In this document: positions 27,244 to 35,096 of the stretch, in pieces
Numbering within the stretch: position 1 is the first letter of the stretch
Layout: each line of letters opens with the position of its first letter
DNA from: Candidatus Omnitrophota bacterium
GTDB lineage: Bacteria > Omnitrophota > Gorgyraeia > Duberdicusellales > 4484-171
Reading direction: 5' to 3'
Assembly (NCBI GenBank): GCA_037146775.1
Contig: JBAWWL010000004.1
Coordinates: 22,471 to 86,470 of the forward strand
DNA length: 64,000 bases
Translations under genes and position numbers: made by a program
The notes under the pieces: generated by a model
Told to the model about the DNA's origin: nothing
What the model saw: the letters and a program-made list of their open reading frames with translations, nothing else
Databases searched by the model: none

Positions 27244-28788
27244 TTATACTGACCCCGCGCTGTTTTCTCGTTTAGTTTTGCGTGTATTCGCTGCTATTAA
27301 TTTTGTTTTATCGATCTTGCCTACCCTATTTTTTGGCAATTCTTTTACATATTCAAAGTAGTGTGGGATCTTAAAATGCGCCAGGTGAACTTTTAAAAAT
27401 TCTTTCAGCTCATCCAGGGCTATCGGTTCGCCGTCCTTGGTTACGATAAATGCCTTGGGTACTTCGCCGCGCAACTCATCGGGCAAACCGATCACTGCAA
27501 CTTCTTTTATGTTCGGATGACGCTGCATCTTTTCTTCTACCTCGGCTGAGAATACAATCTCTCCCGCGACTTTTATCATATCCTTTTTCCTTCCTACCAG
27601 ATAAAAAAGCCCCTCCTTACAATAGGCGACATCGCCGGTTTTAAGCCATCCGTCGCCGGTCAAAACAGCCTGTGTCATCTGCGGCGCTTTATAATAACAT
27701 ACCATCACGCCATCGCCCTTCACCAAAAGCTCCCCTGTTTCGCCATACAATAATTTATTTCCTTTGTCATCCACTACTTTTGCGTCCATCCGGAAACCGA
27801 AGCTACCAATACTGTCTATGGCTTTTCCGTCCGGGGGCGAATAGGTGTTCGGAGCTGCTGTTTCTGTCATTCCCCAGCCGTTTAGTAATATCGCCTTGGG
27901 GCAAGAACGATGGAATTTTTTCAAAAGTTCCGGTGATGACGGTGCGCCAAAAACTACCGCATAGCGTAATGATGCCAACTCATAATAATCGTATTCTTTC
28001 AACGATAAAATCGCCACATACATCGCCGGTACGATACAAAATATGGTTACTTTATATTTTTCGATGTTTTTGAGAAACTCTAGCGGATGAAAGCGCTCCA
28101 TAAGCACCATTGTGGAAGCAAAACGAAGCATTAAAAGAATATAATCAAGGCCTCCGATGTGAGAGAAAGGTACGCCACCAGTAAGAAAAATATCTTTATC
28201 CGAAACTCCTAAAAAATGGTTGATGGTATCAACCGGGTTATCCAGATGCTTGTAACTAAGCATGACCCCTTTGGGATTACCAGTTGAGCCCGAGGTATAA
28301 AATAAAGAAGAAATATCGCTGTCTTTAATCTCTATCTTTGGCTCTGCCTCGGTATTATTAGCTAAAACATCATCCCAAAGAAGACACCCTCTCACCCTTT
28401 CCTTGCACACAATTACGTCTTTGAGCGAAGAGCAGGCGTTTTTAATATTCATGATATTGATATCTTTTCTCGGCTGGATAATTAATATTTTCGCTTCGCA
28501 ATGGTTTAAGATATCAATAATTTCTTCTTCGGTAAGCATAAAGTCGAGTGGAACAAGTGTTAACCCGGCACAAAAAACCGCTATGTAGCTATAGACCGCT
28601 TCGGGGATATTTGAAAGAAAAAGCGCTACCTTGTCTGGTTTTCTAACTCGCGCGCCGTAAAGATAATTAGCCAATCTAAAAGAAGGCCCCTTAAGTTGCG
28701 CAAAAGTAATATTCTGTCCCTCGAAAATAATTGCTGGTTTTTCGGGATACGAAGAAACTTGTTTGAGTAATAATTCTTTTACATTCAT
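27244..28788 (-). CDS. AMP-forming acyl-CoA/acyl-ACP ligase (putative starter-unit ligase)
   Basis: YTSGSTGNPKG, GWGMTE, TGD, GRKKDMIK, GKI; GGAGG RBS. Confidence 0.92.
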   Translation of the reverse strand: MNVKELLLKQVSSYPEKPAIIFEGQNITFAQLKGPSFRLANYLYGARVRKPDKVALFLSNIPEAVYSYIAVFCAGLTLVPLDFMLTEEEIIDILNHCEAKILIIQPRKDINIMNIKNACSSLKDVIVCKERVRGCLLWDDVLANNTEAEPKIEIKDSDISSLFYTSGSTGNPKGVMLSYKHLDNPVDTINHFLGVSDKDIFLTGGVPFSHIGGLDYILLMLRFASTMVLMERFHPLEFLKNIEKYKVTIFCIVPAMYVAILSLKEYDYYELASLRYAVVFGAPSSPELLKKFHRSCPKAILLNGWGMTETAAPNTYSPPDGKAIDSIGSFGFRMDAKVVDDKGNKLLYGETGELLVKGDGVMVCYYKAPQMTQAVLTGDGWLKTGDVAYCKEGLFYLVGRKKDMIKVAGEIVFSAEVEEKMQRHPNIKEVAVIGLPDELRGEVPKAFIVTKDGEPIALDELKEFLKVHLAHFKIPHYFEYVKELPKNRVGKIDKTKLIAANTRKTKRENSAGSV

Positions 28789-28904
28789 ATTTTACCTCCC
28801 GGAAATACAATACACACACGCCGCAGCCTTGTATACAAGAGCATATACCAGGTTAGCCCATAATAACTTCACCCTAAAGCAGGGTTATGTTATAGTAAAA
28901 TTTA

Positions 28905-28941
28905 AATAGTAAAATTTTACTATTATTTGTTTTTTAGTCAA
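28905..28941 (-). promoter_or_regulatory. cluster promoter with overlapping 20-bp perfect palindrome (putative operator)
   Basis: TTGACT-16 bp-TAAAAT; AATAGTAAAATTTTACTATT at 28905-28924 covers the -10; partial direct copy at 28892-28903. Confidence 0.65.
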
Positions 28942-28970
28942 GGCATTTTTTGATACGTTCGGCGGTGCGC

Positions 28971-29070
28971 AAACCGTGCCTTTTAAGGTACAGTTTATAT
29001 GGGCACCACTCAGTATCAACCCTGAGCGCAAACCCCGGGTTTTAACCCGAAAAAAGTCGAATGGGTTGAT
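28971..29070. repeat. nested REP-like/IS-end-like hairpins at the cluster boundary
   Basis: aaaccgtgcctt/aaggtacagttt; atcaaccc...gggttgat enclosing cgggtt-tt-aacccg. Confidence 0.5.
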
Positions 29071-29123
29071 TATACTTTTTACACCACCTTAGGCAGGACG
29101 AAAATCATAATCATAAAAAGTAG

Positions 29124-29777
29124 CTAAGAAGCTTCCGCTTCCAATTTCTCAATCAGGCTTTCCGTCTCTTTAAGAAGTTCCGGGGGCAAGAGCCTCGTGA
29201 TCTCAATTTCGCGCTTCATCAACCTTAAGGTGTGTAAGAACCTTTTTATGGTCATACTTCTTGCCTTTTCCTGCTCTGCTTGAGGGTCGATGTCCTTTCT
29301 TTGACGAATAAGACTTACCAGGTCACGGCGTACCTGCGAGGGGTCTTTACCTTTTTCAAAAATATCTTTTTTAAGATTTACGTAGTCCTGATTGTCCAAT
29401 TCCTTATTGTTTTTTGCCTTTCGCAACAAATCGATATTTTCATAAGTCGGCATCGCCGCCGCATGGGTGGATTCGGTATAGTCTTTAGTCAAATAATGCG
29501 GCTCTTCTTTTTCTAAGAAATAATATGACCGCAAAAGTTTCATTGCAGTCGGCTTCCGTATCCCGACTTCTTTGGCTACATAACCTTCGATGGTATTATA
29601 TCCCCAATCTTTATAAAGTTTGTCTTTCCAAACCGAATACAAGGCCCTGCCTAAAGCGACCCACGATGTTTTAAAACTTTTTGTAACTTCCAGTACGTGA
29701 TACCGAACCGAGTTAGTATCCAGCCCTTCCATTTTCTGCTCAATATGCTTAATATCTTTTGTCTTATAGGTACTCAT
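29124..29777 (-). CDS. hypothetical helical protein, possibly DNA-binding
   Basis: 217-aa ORF with AGGAGG RBS; LYKDWGY...YV.KEVGI...TA.KL resembles an HTH-like segment. Confidence 0.6.
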   Translation of the reverse strand: MSTYKTKDIKHIEQKMEGLDTNSVRYHVLEVTKSFKTSWVALGRALYSVWKDKLYKDWGYNTIEGYVAKEVGIRKPTAMKLLRSYYFLEKEEPHYLTKDYTESTHAAAMPTYENIDLLRKAKNNKELDNQDYVNLKKDIFEKGKDPSQVRRDLVSLIRQRKDIDPQAEQEKARSMTIKRFLHTLRLMKREIEITRLLPPELLKETESLIEKLEAEAS

Positions 29778-29799
29778 ATTTTATCCTCCTTTATTCTTG

Positions 29800-30948
29800 T
29801 TATTTTTTTCGTAACAACACTAAACATTCCACATGCGGCGTATGCGGAAAGAAATCAAAAGGTTCAACGCGCTCTATGGTGTAGTTTTTTAAAAACTCAC
29901 TGAGGTCGGAAAACAGGGTTGAAGGGTTACACGAAGAATAAATGATCCGGTGCGGAGTAAGACGCACTACCGCTCTTTTAATCTTGTTGGAAAGGCCTGA
30001 ACGCGGCGGATTCAACACCACCAGCTCGGTATCCTTATAAAACATACCCTGGCTGTTAAGAAATTTACGCACGTCCGAGGCAAAAAAAGAAATATTGTCA
30101 ATAGCGTTCATCCTGGCGTTTTCCCAGGCTGAAGCGATAACTTCTTCCTGTAACTCTACTGCCCACACAAACTTCGCGTCCCGCGCGAGAAAAATACCGA
30201 TACAGCCCATGCCGCAAAAAAGATCAAGCACTCGCTCTCCTCCGGTAAGCGCTGCGTAGCTCCTTATTTTGGAATAAAAATCCTGTATCGCTGTCGAATT
30301 TATCTGGAAAAAAGAATCTATGCCGATTGAAAACCGGAACCCGGATAATTCTTCCTGGATAAACGCAGAGCCGTAAAGCAGTTCCTTTTTCTCAAACATT
30401 ACCGCGTCAGACATTGAGTCGTTGATTATCCAATATATCGACTTAAGGCTTGGCGCCAGAGATAGGGAAAGTAAGGTTTTAATAAATTCATCCTTATTTA
30501 GTTTTTCTTTGCTTGTAGTGACTAAACCGATCATTATCTCGTTAGTAAATTGAGTTTTGCGTATAACGAGGTTGCGTAAAAAACCTTGAAAAGAAAACTT
30601 ATTATATGGGGTATAGTTTTTTTGAATAGCGAAATTTTTAACTGCCCCAAGAATTTCGCCCACATACGGAGAAAAAATAAGGCATTCTTCAAGATCGACA
30701 ACCTGGGCGTGATCGCCTTTTTTATACAAACCACAGCGCAATATACGATCTGACGAAAAACTAAATTCCATCTTATTGCGATAAAACCATTCCGGATAAG
30801 CGTTGATGGGTTGTACTGTGTGGTTAAAATCGTGGGCGCTCAACAGCTCCTTGATCAGCTTTTCTTTATTGTATAGCTGCTCTTGGTAAGGAATATCTTG
30901 ATATGAGCAACCGCCGCAAGAACCAAAATGTTTACATATGTTATGCAT
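29800..30948 (-). CDS. rlmD: 23S rRNA (uracil-5)-methyltransferase RlmD/TrmA family
   Basis: CKHFGSCGGC, YRNKMEF, SFFQIN, DLFCGMG, NPPRSG, YSSCNP, FDFFPHTPHVE. Confidence 0.9.
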   Translation of the reverse strand: MHNICKHFGSCGGCSYQDIPYQEQLYNKEKLIKELLSAHDFNHTVQPINAYPEWFYRNKMEFSFSSDRILRCGLYKKGDHAQVVDLEECLIFSPYVGEILGAVKNFAIQKNYTPYNKFSFQGFLRNLVIRKTQFTNEIMIGLVTTSKEKLNKDEFIKTLLSLSLAPSLKSIYWIINDSMSDAVMFEKKELLYGSAFIQEELSGFRFSIGIDSFFQINSTAIQDFYSKIRSYAALTGGERVLDLFCGMGCIGIFLARDAKFVWAVELQEEVIASAWENARMNAIDNISFFASDVRKFLNSQGMFYKDTELVVLNPPRSGLSNKIKRAVVRLTPHRIIYSSCNPSTLFSDLSEFLKNYTIERVEPFDFFPHTPHVECLVLLRKK

Positions 30949-30996
30949 AGCGCTCGATAATCCTACATCGGTAGATCAATATAACTGCACAAAAAA

Positions 30997-31959
30997 TTAC
31001 TTGTAACCCAGCGCCGCAAATAAATCTTTGGATGCGCCGAGATAGCTACTGGCTTTTATTTTCTTAAGCCAGCGTTCTTTGATATACAAGTTATCCTGAA
31101 TACGGGCATTTCCCCAACCTTGATTCTTAAACATGGGAAGTTTCTCCCAATCACTGTTAATATAGCACACGGCTTTCACGTCGTTATGTTCAATAAAATC
31201 AAAAAAAGGAACAAACCACTTCTGCCACGAATTTTCGCCATCCTGAATTCCCATCCCGCGTGGAGTTGCCTCAGCAATCATTAAAGGTTTTTTATGTTCG
31301 CGAGCGATCTGCACAATAGCTTCTCTATAGGATTCGTAACTGGTGTCAAAATATGATAGTGCTACCCAATCCACATATTCGTCTCCCGGATACCAGTCAA
31401 CGGGTGATTTTACCGGGCCGGCATACGAATGCCAGACATACGCAACATTTTGTACGCCGCGACGACGGAGAAAATCAACAATATAGCGATATGCAATAAG
31501 ATACTGTGAAGACGAATAGTGGTTGGACGGTAAGTCGAATTCATAACCGATACGTAAATATACCGGCCGATCCACCGCATTAAACCAGTTGGCCAGCTGC
31601 TCAAGCTGAACATCATACGCGCCGGTGGGCACATACATGAGCGCACCGACTAAATAAAGTCCTATTTGCAGAACAGTAGTCGGATATGCACGTGCAAAAT
31701 ACTGCGCATGCTGAGTACCGGAACCATATTCGGCTGGCTGCAAAAGGCCTTCAAGATTTTGCAAAGACGTGTAGACCATAAAACCTGCGGGAATGGTTTT
31801 AGTGGCCGTGACATATTCCCGCATGGTATTTTTGTCCTGTCCGACGATAAAAATAACTTTTTTGTCCGGCGGAACAAACTTATTGTCTTGGGCAAAAGAA
31901 CTTAAGCCGGGCCAAATAAAAAATAATGCGACGAGGATTATATACAGAATTTTCTTCAT
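30997..31959 (-). CDS. secreted glycoside hydrolase family 26-like protein
   Basis: Signal peptide; YLRIGYEFD (acid/base), WYPGDEYVDW, MIAEATP (nucleophile). Confidence 0.8.
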   Translation of the reverse strand: MKKILYIILVALFFIWPGLSSFAQDNKFVPPDKKVIFIVGQDKNTMREYVTATKTIPAGFMVYTSLQNLEGLLQPAEYGSGTQHAQYFARAYPTTVLQIGLYLVGALMYVPTGAYDVQLEQLANWFNAVDRPVYLRIGYEFDLPSNHYSSSQYLIAYRYIVDFLRRRGVQNVAYVWHSYAGPVKSPVDWYPGDEYVDWVALSYFDTSYESYREAIVQIAREHKKPLMIAEATPRGMGIQDGENSWQKWFVPFFDFIEHNDVKAVCYINSDWEKLPMFKNQGWGNARIQDNLYIKERWLKKIKASSYLGASKDLFAALGYK

Positions 31960-31974
31960 TGTGCTTTTCTTATT

Positions 31975-32469
31975 TTAATAAATTATGAGATTCTTTAATT
32001 TTATACGCGGCGATTTTCTGGGATATTTCTTAGGATAACCCATAGCTAAAACGGCGGTAAATATATATCGGGCAGGAAATCGAAAGTGCGCGGCAATTTC
32101 CTTGCTTTTATTAATGATTTCACCCAGCCAGCACGCACCTAATTTTTGCGAGTGAAGATATAAAAGCATATTCTGTATGCTTGCACCTATAGCCATAAAA
32201 TCTTTTTCGTAATGATAAGAAGCGGTTTTATCCAGAAACACCAGGATAACCCTGTCTGCCCCTTTGATGATATAAGAATATTTTGTATAAGCAGCTAATG
32301 CGTCTTTATCCTCGCCTTCTAATACCGCAAATCGCCAAGGCTGATTATTCAATCCTGACGGTGCCCAGCGACCTGCTTCCAATATTTTTCCTACAGTTCT
32401 TGGTGGAATTATTTTTTTACTGAATTTCCTAATTGACCTGCGGCTTTTTATCAATTCTAATGTATCCAT
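31975..32469 (-). CDS. nitroreductase family protein
   Basis: RRSIRKF, APSGLNNQPW, QNMLL, GACW. Confidence 0.9.
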   Translation of the reverse strand: MDTLELIKSRRSIRKFSKKIIPPRTVGKILEAGRWAPSGLNNQPWRFAVLEGEDKDALAAYTKYSYIIKGADRVILVFLDKTASYHYEKDFMAIGASIQNMLLYLHSQKLGACWLGEIINKSKEIAAHFRFPARYIFTAVLAMGYPKKYPRKSPRIKLKNLIIY

Positions 32470-32532
32470 GCTATATATGTCGGTCGATACCGAAATTAAT
32501 GATTTTTGTGTTCGGAGGTATGTTTGTTTGGG

Positions 32533-33585
32533 TTAAGTATTGGAATATCCGAGCTCTTTTAATATTCTCGGCTTATCCTGCCAATTACTCAAAACCCCCA
32601 CCCACACATCAAGATATACTCTCCGGGAAAAAAGCGTCTCCATTTCTTTACGTGCCTGGGTGCCGATACTTTTGAGTAATTTTCCTTTTTCGCCGATAAC
32701 AATTTTCTTCTGGGAAGTTCTATTCACATATATTTTTACCTTTATATACATGAATCCGCCCTTGGGGCTATCCTTGAACTGTTCGAGCGACGATAACGCG
32801 AAATCGTCTTCCATACCTTCTTCTTCGATATCATCCTCTTCTACATCCTCGTCTTGTACAAAATCTTCCTCTTTTGCTAATTTATCCGGAGCGTTCCTCT
32901 TTTCGATAGTTTCAACTTCTACCGCGAGCGAATGCGGTAATTCCTCTTTTAGGTTTAAGAATAATTTTTCCCGCACGATATCGGCAACACGAAATTTTAA
33001 CGGAAAATCGGTCTGGGTGTTTGTGTCATAAAAAGGCACCTGCACAGGAAGGTGTTCAAGAATAATACTTTTAAGCGTATCAATATTCTTACCGCTTCGT
33101 GCGGAAAGAGGCAGGTAGGAAATAACCGGATCGTTGGATATTTTCTTTTTCTCAAGGCGCGTTTTCCAGGCAGAAACATATTCGCCCAAAAACCTCTGTC
33201 CCAAATCCATCTTATTCAGCGCCATTATAATTTTTATCTTCTGTGTCCCCAAAAATTTCATTATCTCGTATTCTTCTTTTCCGGGTGCGCGGGAAACATC
33301 CGCCACATAGAGAATCATATCGCAACCTTCCACCGACTGCCTGGCTACGGTATTTAGCTGTGTAACTAAGCTGTCGCGGAACGAGTGTATACCCGGAGTA
33401 TCCACAAAAACAATTTGCGCGCCCGGCATATTCAAAATGCCTTTTATCTGGTGCCGGGTAGTTTGTGGGATAGGAGAAACAATACTGATCTTATTGCCGA
33501 TTAACGCATTAAGGATGGTCGATTTCCCCACGTTGGGTCGACCCATAATAGCCACAAAGCCGGATTTAAACTGTTCATTATGCAT
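32533..33585 (-). CDS. era: GTPase Era
   Basis: GRPNVGKST, QTTR, DTPG, NKMD, EELPH, IVIGEKG KH domain. Confidence 0.95.
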   Translation of the reverse strand: MHNEQFKSGFVAIMGRPNVGKSTILNALIGNKISIVSPIPQTTRHQIKGILNMPGAQIVFVDTPGIHSFRDSLVTQLNTVARQSVEGCDMILYVADVSRAPGKEEYEIMKFLGTQKIKIIMALNKMDLGQRFLGEYVSAWKTRLEKKKISNDPVISYLPLSARSGKNIDTLKSIILEHLPVQVPFYDTNTQTDFPLKFRVADIVREKLFLNLKEELPHSLAVEVETIEKRNAPDKLAKEEDFVQDEDVEEDDIEEEGMEDDFALSSLEQFKDSPKGGFMYIKVKIYVNRTSQKKIVIGEKGKLLKSIGTQARKEMETLFSRRVYLDVWVGVLSNWQDKPRILKELGYSNT

Positions 33586-33588
33586 AGG

Positions 33589-33969
33589 TTATATTTTCGT
33601 TAATCGAACTTCAATCTGTTCGCCGAGCTGAATTTTTTTCAGTTCCACGGGTGAGATATTGGTTCTTCCGATAATGACCACCGGGCTGGCCGGAAGGGGC
33701 TTCTCGGTTATGCTGGCCGGAGTAGCGCCGAAAAACACACACAAACATTTACCCTGGCTCCAATAAGCGATATCTCCCACCTCTACCTCCATAGTTGCAC
33801 CGGCTGCGGAGGCTTTAAAACCTATCTCGAAATAAATTTCATCTCCCCAGCGCGACACCACGCCCGTGATGGGTAGGCGTTGCGCTAATTCTTTGGCTGT
33901 CAGGGTATCATTAAGTTGTGCGTCAAAAGTACAACTTTTTGTTTCAAAAACCACTCTCATCTTTTTCAC
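33589..33969 (-). CDS. cyclophilin-like fold protein (DUF369/TM1367-like)
   Basis: LP...RWGDEIYF, GDIAYW...CVFFG.TP. Confidence 0.8.
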   Translation of the reverse strand: MKKMRVVFETKSCTFDAQLNDTLTAKELAQRLPITGVVSRWGDEIYFEIGFKASAAGATMEVEVGDIAYWSQGKCLCVFFGATPASITEKPLPASPVVIIGRTNISPVELKKIQLGEQIEVRLTKI

Positions 33970-35096
33970 CTCCCTAAGAAGGTATCCAGTGCTTTTACAT
34001 AATCTTCCAACACCGCCACTCCCTTATAGAGATTATCTATCTTAACAGATTCGTTCTTTATGTGCGCGTTGCCTTTCGAGCCGAAACCGAACGCAAAACT
34101 TTCTATCCCTTGCTCCTGCAAAAAATTTATGACAGTCGCCCCGAACGAAGGGCTTAACCGCGAAACAATATTGTGCTTTTTCAAAACACGCCGCAAAATC
34201 GCGATTGAGGGCGTGTTCCGTTCTATCTCAATCGGCGTCTGATGAGCCAATATTTTTATTTTATATTTTATTTTCTGCGTTCGTATTATTTTCTCGATAT
34301 CGCGGATAATGGTATCTTTATGCATTGAAGGCAGATAACGGATGTCCAATTCAAAAAAAGCGTACCCGGCGACAATATTCACTTTATCCCCGCCGGAAAA
34401 TCTTCCGACATTCAGTGTGGGCTTTTTTAAAAGCGAGTGGGGCTGATACGGAAAATGGTGTGACAGGATCTGCGTCAACGCAGACACACCCTTCTCTACC
34501 GCGTTTACCCCGCGATGAGGATAAGCTCCGTGCGCTTCTTTGCCATAGAGCTCCACCCGAAGGTGCAAAAGCCCTTTTTGCGCAACTATAATGTTGAAAT
34601 CATCGGCGTCTAGCACGGCGGCATAATCGATATGTTTGAAGAATCGGGCTAAAGGAATTATTCCATGATGGCTCCCGGTTTCTTCGTCTCCGGTAAAAGC
34701 AAAAACTAAGTCAATATTTTTTAAAGTAATCTTTTCCTCTTTTAATTTTTTTATAAGATAGAGGGCCACGGCGACATTTATTTTACAATCCGTAGCGCCC
34801 CGGCCATAGAGCTTGCCGCCACGAACCGTAGCCCCTAACGGCGGGAAACGCCATTTCCCCGTGACCGGAACAGTATCGACATGAGGAGTAAAAAGAATTT
34901 TTTTCTTGGCATGCGTGGCCGGTAAAATACAGGTGAGATTCAACCGATTTTTTTTAAATTCGTATATGCGCGAAGGAACGCCGAGATATTTGAGATAGTC
35001 GCGGATAAAAAGAATAATTTGCTTTTCGCTACCCGGTGGATTCTGCGAATCTATCCTAATAAGTGTCTGCAGCAGCCTGATTAAATCCTTTTTCAT
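33966..35096 (-). CDS. M20 family metallopeptidase (DapE/ArgE-like)
   Basis: HVDTVP, GRGATDCK, DEE, HGAYP..G.NA, AH..NE. Confidence 0.88.
   Translation of the reverse strand: MKKDLIRLLQTLIRIDSQNPPGSEKQIILFIRDYLKYLGVPSRIYEFKKNRLNLTCILPATHAKKKILFTPHVDTVPVTGKWRFPPLGATVRGGKLYGRGATDCKINVAVALYLIKKLKEEKITLKNIDLVFAFTGDEETGSHHGIIPLARFFKHIDYAAVLDADDFNIIVAQKGLLHLRVELYGKEAHGAYPHRGVNAVEKGVSALTQILSHHFPYQPHSLLKKPTLNVGRFSGGDKVNIVAGYAFFELDIRYLPSMHKDTIIRDIEKIIRTQKIKYKIKILAHQTPIEIERNTPSIAILRRVLKKHNIVSRLSPSFGATVINFLQEQGIESFAFGFGSKGNAHIKNESVKIDNLYKGVAVLEDYVKALDTFLGR

Larger units (their letters stand above)
8759..28788 (-). other. type II (aromatic) polyketide biosynthetic gene cluster, 20 co-oriented genes
   Basis: KS, CLF, ACP, two cyclases, SDR, acyl-CoA ligase, MFS and tailoring genes; short gaps or overlaps; one promoter upstream. 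Confidence 0.88.
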
